A stretch of 63,120 nucleotides of DNA, counting the filler, from Lenisia limosa (taxonomy: Eukaryota > Protista > Breviatea): the NCBI GenBank assembly GCA_001655205.1. It is 11 parts of 11 records of this genome, joined end to end, with 100 filler letters (N's around TTAATTAATTAA, not from the genome) between each part and the next. Parts side by side here need not be neighbours in the genome. Positions count along the whole stretch, not along the records: positions 4,985 to 12,518 come from LPNZ01008812.1; positions 12,619 to 15,875 come from LPNZ01007213.1; positions 15,976 to 22,722 come from LPNZ01004918.1; positions 22,823 to 27,205 come from LPNZ01003127.1; 7 more parts are not named here. One strand, written 5' to 3'. Position 1 is the stretch's first letter. Every line of letters begins with the position of its first letter. The notes below the pieces were generated by a model, which worked only from the letters and a program-made list of their open reading frames with translations, was not told the origin of the DNA and did not search any database. Shown here in pieces: positions 11,495 to 22,909 of the stretch. The position numbers were made by a program, and so were the translations under genes.

Positions 11495-11540
11495 AAGACA
11501 ACTGGACTAGTCACTGCATACCAAAATGCAGTAAAAGCGG
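11495..11540 (+). repeat. Right 46-bp direct repeat
   Basis: AAGACAACTGGACTAGTCACTGCATACCAAAATGCAGTAAAAGCGG; encodes KTTGLVTAYQNAVKA in ORF 11450. Confidence 0.9.
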
Positions 11541-12618
11541 ACAGAGACATAATGGAACGAGCCATGAACTCCCCACGCTCAAGGTGTGAGGGGAGGAGAG
11601 AATCATTTCCAGTCGCTTTCTTCGTTTCTTCAATCACTTCTAGGAATGACGCAATGAGTGAGATAGTAGCAAAGAGGGGAAAGGAGAGGGAAAGGAGAAA
11701 GCCACCAATAACGAAGGAAACATCATTGGGTGTTGCTTTTCTTCTTTTTCTACTTTCTCTTTCTTCATTATTTGATGCCATGCTGCCATGGAAAGGAGAA
11801 GCAGGAAGAAAGAATACCGCGGGCCGGGAATCAACTTTTACACCAGAATGGTACCTTTGAAATTAAGGTCCACCAAAAATAAGGGTTTTAAAATTTTTAC
11901 GTAAATTTACGTAAAATTCGTACACCCGAACGGCCCCTAATTATCAATTGTGATTTTGATCTTCTAATTATAATTACTCAGAGTCAACTCTCCCTTCAAT
12001 TCAATGTTAATTAATCTGTGTTATCAACGGATTAGTATTTGTGAACGAGAGTAATATTCTCATTTCCACAGGCATCAGCCAACAGTTTGCATGCTCTCCT
12101 AGCCAAGAATCACATTGCTTAACTGGACCTATTTGATGCAGGAATTTCCACAATTAAAGTGCTTGAAAGGGAAAACACTATACACCTCACAAATCCAAAA
12201 GACAAAAAACAAAATCAAAAGCCAAATCGAGATCAAAGTCATACCATGTTAAAATAATCATACTGCTGAAAAACAGAAAAAATTAAACCAAGAGCTTCAA
12301 AAAAAACAGAGGAATTGAATCTAAGAACTGAAAAACCAAGAAATGAATCAAAAGAAATGGTACATGTTGCCATTAAGAAGAGGTATTTTGTTTCATTTGA
12401 TATTAAATGTTTATTTTGTATGACATAATATTGTTCTATTGGTGTGGGAATCTGCAATTATAGTATATCATCATTATATAATATGCTAGGCAACCTAAAC
12501 TCCGTATTTTATTCAAAANNNNNNNNNNNNNNNNNNNNNNNNNNNNNNNNNNNNNNNNNNNNTTAATTAATTAANNNNNNNNNNNNNNNNNNNNNNNNNN
12601 NNNNNNNNNNNNNNNNNN

Positions 12619-14605
12619 GGGGGATTTTTAGAGAGGGAAAAAAACAATCTGGCAGAGACTAATTGACTCTTTGGATGAAAGATAAAATTGATTAGCTGAA
12701 AGTTACGATTGAGTTGCCTTTTCTGCAGGTTCAGCATGTAACTAACCCACCAACACCCACCACCCCTCACGATCCAATTCATCAGCATAGTAGCGAATCG
12801 TAATCGTAGTAGTGTCTGAAAAATGAGCAAAAAGCCAACAATACGCATGTACTATTGTATATCATATCACTTATGGATCATGATCACCATGGCTTCACTT
12901 CGGTTCGCAAAAAGAGTGAATATCTCGATAAATCCTCGAAAACTCTCGATATTGTACCGGAGTGAAGTCCTAATCATATCACTTTTTGGATCATTATTAC
13001 ACATGTGAACATCATTTTCCACGCAGTGATATGATAACTCAAATAAACTCGTGTGATAATTGGCCGACAAGTGGATGAAGTAAAAGTTTCATATTTTGGG
13101 TTATCGTCAGCCTACAGATAAATGGGAGGGAAAGCTGAGTCATGATTATATATATGATTATGGGCAATTTAAAAAAAAGGAAACAAAATGAGATAAAAGG
13201 GGGATCAACATGAGATTCAAAAAGAAAAAGCTGAAAAGACACAGTACAAGAAAAATATAGCGGCATAAGATTATAAAAGCCTTGTATGAGAAAGAAGACA
13301 AAATAATCATCTGCCCCATCATATGCCCCCATTCCGTCTCGCCACCTCCTACCAGCAGAAACTAAATAATACTCATACGAAACGGAGAGCAGGGAGACAT
13401 CTTGCATTGCCTGAAAGTTCATCAAAAGGTCATTGATAATTGTCCAAAAAAAAACAATTGGTGAGTAAGCTGAAGAAACGATATTCACTGTTAAATGCCT
13501 TGTAAGAAAAAGGAAATAAAATGTTTACAGGTTCAATGCACAAACTTAAGAGGCGAAAAATATATTATTGTAATCTGAAGAACAAATTGGTATTGCAGAA
13601 AGTGACAATGATTTGAAAAACTTAAATTGCGAATTAAATTTCCTCACCTCATCACCAAAATCAGCCCATCCTCCCCCNNNNNNNNNNNNNNNNNNNNNNN
13701 NNNNNNNNNNNNNNNNNNNNNNNNNNNNNNNNNNNNNNNNNNNNNNNNNNNNNNNNNNNNNNNNNNNNNNNNNNNNNNNNNAAGAGGTATTTATTCACCC
13801 AAACATTTGCCTTACAACTCTGTGCACACAGCTTTCTGCATGCCTCCCCAGCATCCCAAAAGCAAAACTCACACCCCCAGCCCACCTGCAAACTCACACC
13901 CCCAGCCCACCTGCAAATAAAAACTATCATAATGACCACTATCGAATTTCAGTGTCCACCTGCCCTCTAGGTTCTTGCCATATAGAATCTGAGGAAGGGG
14001 ATCATCTGGGGGAGTAAAATTGGAAAATTTATGAAACAAAAAAGCCCAAATCAACTNNNNNNNNNNNNNNNNNNNNNNNNNNNNNNNNNNNNNNNNNNNN
14101 NNNNNNNNNNNNNNNNNNNNNNNNNNNNNNNNNNNNNNNNNNNNNNNNNGGCTGATAAAACACACGAGGGTTGATAACAATCCATGCCATGACTTGGGTG
14201 AGAAAGTGGTATGGGTGACAAAAGGAGGGAACAAAGTATGGTTAATCAACATTTTCCTCGAAATGAGGACAATATATGTAGAGTTGAAAAATAAATATAA
14301 TTAGACAACATCTGGAAACATAATCACGATTCTAAGAGATACTTCAGCTCTGAGATCAAAATCAAATGAGTGCTTGTTGAGGACACTATTTCAAAAAAAA
14401 ATATGAAATTAATAAGTCTTGAACGGCCCCACTTTCAAAACTTAGTTCTGAAATAATGGATTTATCCGCTGAGGAACCAATATTGTTCCGAAGGAAAAGA
14501 GTCTCAAAGGCGCAAGTGCAAACCTGTTACCACCTGAGACACTGTGCTCTTAAAACAGAGCAGAAGAAGCGCAGCGTACAGCAGTAGGGGCAAGAAGAGT
14601 GGCAT
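12619..14605 (-). CDS. Secreted protein, possible proprotein-convertase P-domain-like fold, 3'-partial, multi-exon
   Basis: ATG at 14605 gives signal-like MPLFLPLLLYAALLLLCFKSTVSQ. A later exon reads DDPLPQILYGKNLEGRWTLKFDSGHYDSFYLQ (GxWTL motif). The domain call is weak. Confidence 0.4.
12890..12970. mobile_element. MITE family A, deleted copy
   Basis: GGCTTCACTTCGGTTCGCAAAAAGAG...CCGGAGTGAAGTCC-TA. Confidence 0.7.
14006..14180 (-). repeat. Repeat family B at an intron acceptor (gapped)
   Basis: Minus strand reads ...CATAAATTTTCCAATTTTACTCCCCCAG, then exon DDPLPQ. Confidence 0.8.
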
Positions 14606-14901
14606 TTCTGAAAACGGTCCACTCTTCTAGTCTCCTCCGATAAGTCTCACCACTTGTATATTTATTATGATAAAATACATGATTCATTACATCTTTGTCT
14701 GCATCTCTCGGGGGGCTCACCGAGTTGTAATAGTGTATCAAAAATATTCTGGGGGTTCGGAGAAACACGCAGGACAATTTAAATTAGAAAAGAGGAAGTT
14801 GTTGTATAGTTTAGTTAGTCAGATTGTTAGATTTAAGTCAGACAGGAGTCAGACATAAGGGGATAGCATTCACAAACCACCCATTTCAACTCGTTCCAAT
14901 C

Positions 14902-15603
14902 ATGCGTTTCCACTCTCTTTTCTTTCTTCTGCTCTCCATCTTCCTTGCCTCGAGCCTTGCTGCAGCCAAAGAATGCAAGGACCTCACCCCGGACAAGGAC
15001 GGCGAAGCTGGTGTTGGATGCTTTGTGTCTGACGGTACAATTGAGTGGGGGGGGGGGGNNNNNNNNNNNNNNNNNNNNNNNNNNNNNNNNNNNNNNNNNN
15101 NNNNNNNNNNNNNNNNNNNNNNNNNNNNNNATGTATATACATGTATGTATATGTAGCACCACGCAAGTCCAATTTGATTTTATAATGCTACGATTATTTT
15201 GATATTCCGCGCCTATACGTACGGAAGAGGATTGGGATGTAATAATCATTATTTCAAAACATACAGTGACCGATTTGCTATGTGATTTCCCAAGGAAAAT
15301 AGGTCAAGACTTCTCGGGCACTGTATGTATGCCAAAACCCTCATATCAATTGACTCTGACATTTTTCCCAAACTTAGAGTACAACCGTCGGGTATTTATG
15401 TTCCTAGTTTCAAATATTGACTTTGCTACAACCACACTGGACAAATAGATTGTTTTTTTCTTCTATTTCTTTATTTCTTTTTTCAGCACTCTACTGCGCC
15501 AAACTTACCGCATTAGTGGATGCAACAACTGTCAAATGTTCGTATGCTACTCCGGTTCCGGCGACCCCACGCGGCCGAACCAAACCCTCAAATGCGGAAC
15601 CAG
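14902..15603 (+). CDS. Secreted Cys-containing protein, 5' fragment, multi-exon
   Basis: MRFHSLFFLLLSIFLASSLAAAKECKDLTPDKDGEAGVGCFVSDGTI, then donor GTGGGGG. A further exon lies near 15488-15603. Confidence 0.5.
15264..15323. mobile_element. Tc1-type MITE, internally deleted copy
   Basis: TA-CAGTGACCGATTTGCTATGTGATTTCCCAAGG...GGTCAAGACTTCTCGGGCACTG-TA. Confidence 0.7.
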
Positions 15604-15636
15604 GTGTGTAGGGGGAGGGGGGATTGAGATGTGGCA

Positions 15637-15730
15637 GGGATTCACATTGGTTCAAAAAAGACCGTTAAAATATCGATAATTTTCGAGGGTTTATCGAGAT
15701 ATTCACTTTTTTTGAACCGAAGTGAAGCCC
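15637..15730. mobile_element. MITE family A copy
   Basis: GGGATTCACATTGGTTCAAAAAAG...TTTTTTGAACCGAAGTGAAGCCC-TA. Confidence 0.78.
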
Positions 15731-16116
15731 TAGATGTGGTAATAGTTGGGGGGGAGGGTCAAATGCAACACTAGTTTTGAAGGGCATATCACCATGACAA
15801 CTTTTTTAAAAAAAAACACATTGAAAATCTAAGGAAAGTAATTATCTTATGTGGATACCATTACATTATTGCATANNNNNNNNNNNNNNNNNNNNNNNNN
15901 NNNNNNNNNNNNNNNNNNNTTAATTAATTAANNNNNNNNNNNNNNNNNNNNNNNNNNNNNNNNNNNNNNNNNNNNCCTCCCTGGAGAGTAAACAGATGAT
16001 ATGCATGCAAGATATGGAAAAGGAGCAATTTCAAATTGTTAATTGCCACCCACCCCCCATCATGATCCTCAATAGAGACTTTAATGCAAAAAAATACCCA
16101 GCAAAATACCAGCATC

Positions 16117-19100
16117 TTACTGGAGTAAGTTGAGCTGCTTTGTGTAGATCAGGGTCTGCTCATCTAGCTCTGAACAGCGTGCCTCAGCCTGGGAAAAGTA
16201 AGGGATTCGACAAGGGGGTTAATCGTCCGTTGAAGATGAGGGCATATGACAAACTAAAGAGAAAGCGCATATTATAAATGACGGTAGCTACATATTGTGA
16301 CCACATGTATGAACAACTAATTGTCACAATTACAAAAAAGTGCCAACGATAAAGGAATCTTTGTTGTTGCCTCATTCTCATCAAAGCTGTTTCTTTGAGG
16401 TGATATTTTGGCTGCTTTCGCACCCCCCCCCCCTCTTGGTGTACNNNNNNNNNNNNNNNNNNNNNNNNNNNNNNNNNNNNNNNNNNNNNNNNNNNNNNNN
16501 NNNNNNNNNNNNNNNNNNNNNNNNNNNNNNNNNNNNNNNNNNNNNNNNNNNNNNNNNNNNNNNNNNNNNNNNNNNNNNNNNNNNNNNNNNNNNNNNNNNN
16601 NNNNNNNNNNNNNNNNNNNNNNNNNNNNNNNNNNNNNNNNNNNNNNNNNNNNNNNNNNNNNNNNNNNNNNNNNNNNNNNNNNNNNNNNNNNNNNNNNNNN
16701 NNNNNNNNNNNNNNNNNNNNNNNNNNNNNNNNNNNNNNNNNNNNNNNNGTTGACATTTCCTTTTGTACTGCAGGGTTAGAACTTTTCCTGGGGCCTCTTT
16801 TCCCACTACAATATCTTTGTAGAAATGAGAGAAAATGTTGTATCAGGACAAAGCCGTCCACACCATTAAGTTTATACACAAAAACAAGAGATATTTATTA
16901 CAATGGAGAACACCATACCTGGGAATAATCAAAGAAAAACTCTTAAGATACATATATTTGCGGAGTTTGAATTAAACAAACAGGCACTGATCAAGATAAA
17001 CATGGAAGGACAAAAGGATGATATTAACGCAAGCCCCCCACCCCCCACATCTCATGTTTAAGGATTGCGCTGCACTGAGCTTGAGAGAGGACGCTGCCGA
17101 CTCAGCTGAAGCCTTATCAGCAACTTCTTGCACCAACAATACTACAATGTTACAATGTTAGCACGGATTCTGCCTATGATAATATGACAGAAATTATTTC
17201 CAAATGAAAAAGTATCACACTAAATATGATAATGAGTCAATCAATGCTTTTACGAAACATATAATAAAATACTATACGATCTTTTAATTCATAGTATATT
17301 CTTGATATTATGCATACCAAAGTATCACATATTATACTTGGATATTTATTTCATTTTGTACCATATCGTATGCTAGGGAGGCACACAGAAAGCTGTGTGC
17401 ACAGAGTTGTAAGTCAAATGATTGGGTGAATTAATATTATACGATAATCCAATATCTCTTATCAGCGTGATTTTTGTGTCGAAATATACTACATGCATCA
17501 ATACTCAATTATACGAAACAAAAGCTATTTCTAGCATCCTGGTGTAATAAGACTCAACAAACCTTCAACAGTAGCATCCTTAGCCTCCTGTTTGATCCGA
17601 ACAACATCATTTTTGAGACGCTTAGATATCAAAACATACAGGAGCAAATTATGCATTTTTATGCCTTGTATTCGAGATGGGTTATACGTTTTGGGTACAC
17701 TTTTTAAACAAGAATGCTAAATATACAGTGGCCGGGATAAGTCTTGACCGAATTGCTATGTGATTTCCCAAGGAAAATCGATCATGACTTATTACGGTCG
17801 TCACTTTATGTACCACTAGGCAGAAAGCTGATATGGAGTTAAGGTCAATAATAGTTTGATTCAATAACTCTGATAAATAAGGTGATGAGAGCGGCTTCGG
17901 ATAAGGGTATGATAGAAGTTAAGGGGGAGGGGGGGGGAGAGGATTTAAAGCAGTGCTAATATAATGTTTCTGTGAATGACCAATGCTTTCACAAAAATAT
18001 TGCAGTTCTTCAACGCCACAAACCTCGTTTTCGTTTTGTGCAGTTTCCAGCTGAATATGCATGGCGTCTAACTGCTGGTGCAAGTCCAGGACAGAGCTGG
18101 TAGCCTGGAGGAGGGGAATTATTCCATCATATGGGTTTTCACTCAAATACTGAAACAAAAATCGAATATAATCTTAAACAAGCCACAACTATTAAATTCA
18201 ATGTCTTTTTAGAAAGTGCCCACTTCTTTCCTGTTTGCTTGCTAAAGAGGAAGAAATACATCCACAAAATAAGTCAGTTTTTAGGCAGAAGCAGAAAAAC
18301 ACAGTTCACCCAACAACTCGTCCTCCTTCAGCTGCTACCCCCCCCCCCCNNNNNNNNNNNNNNNNNNNNNNNNNNNNNNNNNNNNNNNNNNNNNNNNNNN
18401 NNNNNNNNNNNNNNNNNNNNNNNNNNNNNNNNNNNNNNNNNNNNNNNGTCCGCAAGAATGCTTTCAAGCTCTGCCGACAGTGAAACGTGGAAATGCTGAA
18501 TTAACGATAGTCTTCTTCTAGATTTATATGCAGCCGTAACTCAAGTGGGGAAATAGCGGAAATAAGGGAGGGGGGTTAAGGAGGAAAATAGCGGAAATAA
18601 GTTCTTCCTCACCCAAGATCTTTGTTTTGAGTGCATGAACCTCCCCAGTTTCAGAAGATTCCTGCGGTTCTATGCTGTCATGGTGTGGCTCTTGGGGCTC
18701 TGCGGATGGTATGGGTGGCGCTTGCGGCTCTGTCGCGGGTAGGGGGCTGTTGTCGTCGTTTCTACATTGTTAATGTAACCAGTACGTAATCCTGTTGGCA
18801 AGGATTTTTACTGAAGGAAGACAGAAAATTTCTTTCATTCAAACGCTGTAATGGTACAACCTCTTCATCCCCTTCCAACATTGTAATACCATCTTCATCC
18901 CCCTCCAACATGGCATTTTCAGAATCTTGCTTTCCCTGCACCACAGCTGGCGTGGCTGAGGGAGCCTCACCCCCCGCTCGAGCAAGCTTGGCTTTTCGTA
19001 GTGCTTCAAACTAGAATGTTATGCTCACATCGCCTTCACAGTGAAATATCGTATCCATTTAGGATTTATCAGGAAATTCCGTTTTTCTATTCTTAATGAG

Positions 19101-19700
19101 CGCCTTCAGCTTTTGAGAAAAAGATCGGTAAGATTGCATATTTGTAATAAAGCAGTTGTCGCCCCACATATGCGCCATCCCCACTGGTTTTTGTCTTCCG
19201 ACAGGCTTACGAATATATAAAAAATTCGAGTAAAAATTCACATGAGAATAGGAGAGTAGAGCGTCAATTTTTAAACATTTTTTAAATCTTGCTAACCGAA
19301 CCCAAAATATAGCAAAATTTGAAAAAACCCCTTCTGTGGGGGTGGCCCATATTTTGAAGGTGCCATTTCAACGTTATTTTCGTTATCTTCAAAGCAATTT
19401 CTGATTTGTGCCTGTTATATAACTCCCATATTACTGCAGCAGCTCCATCACAGTAAACACCAACCTTGGCACGCCCTGCTTTAAGAAGGGCTTCCCTATC
19501 CATTGCTCATATAAACACTGCTGCCTTGATGATCACACGCAACACAGCTCTAGTAGAGGCAAATGACAGCTTCTTCCCCACGCTAATCAACTTTTTTCAA
19601 CTCTTTCACAACTTTAACGGAATAGAAGAGGCTTGGGAGGGTTCTTGTGGAAAAGGTTCTTGAAAGGAAGGTGGTGACCTTGCTGAGTTTGACTAAGATC
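16117..19700 (-). CDS. Large uncharacterised multi-exon protein with coiled-coil-like segments; start uncertain
   Basis: Exons include KRLKNDVVRIKQEAKDATVE and QATSSVLDLHQQLDAMHIQLETAQNENE; terminal exon AEARCSELDEQTLIYTKQLNLLQ with stop at 16117. Confidence 0.5.
17370..17472 (-). repeat. Repeat family C, right half with terminal hairpin
   Basis: Minus strand ends GCACACAG-CTTT-CTGTGTGC-CTCC-CTAG. Confidence 0.78.
17726..17806. mobile_element. Tc1-type MITE copy
   Basis: TA-CAGTGGCCGGGATAAGTCTTGACCG...; right TIR degenerate. Confidence 0.72.
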
Positions 19701-21544
19701 AACGTAATGGGGTGGTTTTAGAGAAGGAGGGGGCGGAAAAGGGATTTGAAAGGGCCCTCCAGCGATTAAATGTTCTCTATTTCTCTTCAACCCCCAGATA
19801 CTTTTACATATTATTGAATGTGCTCGATTTTTTCAGATTTTTAAGGTTTCAGAGGAGAGATATGATTTTTATAGTGTGCTTATAATGTGAATTAATCTCA
19901 AAAGAGGGAAGAAATAAGAAGATGCCTTTCCTTCCCCAGCCGTTCTATCGCTCTTATTTCCCAAGTATATTTCGCACAGTAACATACCAGAATGGCCCCT
20001 ACATCGCCAGAGCCTTACCTCCTTTGTCAACCCCACTCCCTCTTCCCCGTCTCCGTTACCAACCCGCATTATCGCCCAATCCACTCAGCACCTCCCTATG
20101 GTAGGCCTGGGTTTGGTACAAGAGGAGAAGAAAAAATTAACTTTTCTTAGTCTTGGCCGTTGTGTTTACCTAAAAGTGGATAACTGGTTTATGTTTATAG
20201 GTTCTATCTCTTTTACTCATCTACACACATTATAGAGATCACAAATAAAAGGCCAACTGACAAACCAGGAAGAAAGCCGGTTCAAGGAGGCACTTTTCTA
20301 CCTCAGCGCTGCCGCCTCCTAGTACAGAAAGTGGGAACCTTGGGTGGTGGTCAAATTCCTCTCAGAAGCGTGATTGTATGGATAAGCCAGATACCATAAT
20401 GATATTCCCAATATAAGTGTGATGCTCTGATCAGTAACTCCTTCTTATTTCTACGCATATCCTGCTTGTTGTTATTAAATAGTGTACATTATTTAGTACG
20501 GACCACCGTCGCTTACTCTTCAGATTCGATTGTGTCGCGCTTCCTCCATTTTATGAAACAGAACCCCCGCCTTGCAATTTTCGGGGTGGCAGCAGGACTT
20601 TCGTTGGGGGGAGGGGGGTTCAGTAACATAGTTTATACACAAAATAGTGGCAATACTAATTTGAATTGCGTTTTAGTCTTTAGCTTGATGAGTTTGCTTT
20701 TGTATAGTTGAAGGATGCTGTTATTAAAAGCTACCCCACCCCCTTTAAATGGTTCATTGATCCCCTCTATTTGATTTTTGTTGCAATTCTGAGCTTCTGT
20801 CCAAATACAACCCGAAAAAAACTAATTTGAGCACTTTCATGTGAGCGGTCTTCAAGTTGATAACAAACTACAGAAGTGAGCAAAACTGGTTTACAACAGC
20901 TCGACAGCGAAGCCAGATAGGGCGGCATAATCAGATAAACAACTCTGAAAAATACCATTTCTACCGAAGAGGTTACTTGTGATGCCACAGATTTGGTTAC
21001 TCTTTGGTCAAGTACAATTGGCTCCAACAAGCCGACAAAGACATCTAACGAGAGTACACTGCTTAGCCTTCAGTTGGGATAACCGAGTTCACACTTTGGG
21101 AAAGTTTGACATTAGAGGGTGAATTGTCACCCCACAAGATAAATGTGACAATCTTGATGAAATAATTACTACATTCGTAGATAAAACTGACAGGGAGGTG
21201 AGGAACAGGATACTGCTCCTAATACAGCTAATACTTTCAGTGTGGTACAATTGGCCAAGAGGCGCTTTGATATTTTAATCCGTGTTTATTCTCTTTTTTT
21301 AGCGTATTCAAGCCATTACAGTTTGGTTAAAAGGGGGTTGTCATTTTTGGAACATCCATTACTAATGTGTGATGTCGTCACTCTTGTGTTTGATTGATAA
21401 TCCTCCTCTATTCATGCTATTGTGTTTTGCCATGTGTTTCAATGCTTATTGTGGACTTGAATATCTGGAACTAATACAAACGCATTGCCTTTTCTATTCT
21501 GTTACTCATTCACGTCACCAGTGCCTTTCCTTTGTTACAGTAGT

Positions 21545-22248
21545 TATTCGGATCTTACTTTACTAGCTATGTTTGGTACCTCCGAAAAAGCAACATTGAG
21601 CAAATCTCTTGGCAAGAGTTCAAAACTGACATTATGAAGAGGGAAGACGTGGGTGTGGGCGTGCTATGTATTTGTCTGGGGCTTCGTGCCATTTAAAAAA
21701 AATTATATATTGAACTGGGACATTATTATGAGAACCACTTAGTATAATTTCAAATTTTATCAACCAATTTCTTAAAAGTATATATAAATTGCTATAATAA
21801 GTAATTTCTTTCATATTATATTCCACAACCAATTTTTTTTTTCACGTCAGAGTGGTTTATGATGATCTATTGTTATTTTCTCGTCACAATACCACCCCCA
21901 CCCCCCAACCTTGCCTCATCTTTCTCCCGCTCACTACATAATAGCAATGAAGCGTATCAAGGTTTTTTTATTATTATTATTTTTTTATTTTTATTTTTAT
22001 TTTTATTTTTATTTTTATTTTTATTTTGATTTTGATTTTGATTTTTATTTTGATTTTGATTTTTATTTTTATTTTTATTTTTATTTCTTAAAAACTCCCT
22101 CGTTCAACTCAATCATATTTCAAGATTGTTGATGTTTTTTTTTTAACAAGGCTTAGTTCCACCATCTTGAAGTTACACGTGGCAGCGTGCTCGCATATAT
22201 GGCCCCGGAGAAATCGAAGTATATGAATTACTCCAAGGTACGAAGTTT
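21545..22248 (+). CDS. Possible FtsH/AFG3-like (m-AAA protease) N-terminal fragment
   Basis: Exon LFGSYFTSYVWYLRKSNIEQISWQEFKTDIMKRED resembles the TM + EISWQEF start of the FtsH extracellular domain; next exon FHHLEVTRGSVLAYM. The AAA domain is not in the scaffold. Upstream exons from 19922 may belong to this gene. Confidence 0.4.
21965..22086 (+). repeat. (TTTTTA/TTTTGA)n hexamer microsatellite
   Basis: About 18 units read directly. Confidence 0.9.
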
Positions 22249-22909
22249 GCTTTCTCAACTGGGATTGTTTTTGTTTTTTTGGTCCAAATTTTTGAGACAT
22301 CTTGGAACTGTTATAAACAGAGATGTTAACTTACACAACCATGTTTTTTATATCATATGATATTTAATTAACGGTTAAGATGAGAGTTATCTTCCCATCT
22401 GATGAAGGAATCAAAGCCAAATACCAATTTAGTGGGGGAGGGGGTGTTACTGTTTTGAATGATATATTAGTACAACACCACCAAGCCCAGGTATTTATGC
22501 CCTGAGCATGTCGTACAACACCACCCCAAAGAGATTATACTGTAACAATAGCCGCATTTACTCTAGTATCCTTGATAAGCGCGATGGTGTAGACGGCTTC
22601 GCCAGATAAAACCTTGGATTCTTTTTCATTTCTATAATTACTTATTGTTATATGATAAGCATATGCTAGGCAACCTAAACTCCATATTTTATTCAAAACT
22701 CCGTATTCTATTTTTATAAAATNNNNNNNNNNNNNNNNNNNNNNNNNNNNNNNNNNNNNNNNNNNNTTAATTAATTAANNNNNNNNNNNNNNNNNNNNNN
22801 NNNNNNNNNNNNNNNNNNNNNNCCCCCCCCCCCCTCTCAAAATCAACTCTATGAACACTGTAAAATGTTTATTGCTGAAATATTGAGTAAACTTTTCAAG
22901 GAACCAACC

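Larger units (their letters stand above)
6064..11540 (+). mobile_element. Putative tyrosine-recombinase integrative element bounded by 46-bp direct repeats
   Basis: Direct repeats at 6064-6109 and 11495-11540 enclose two tandem arrays and a spliced YR gene. Continuity depends on four internal N gaps. Confidence 0.5.
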
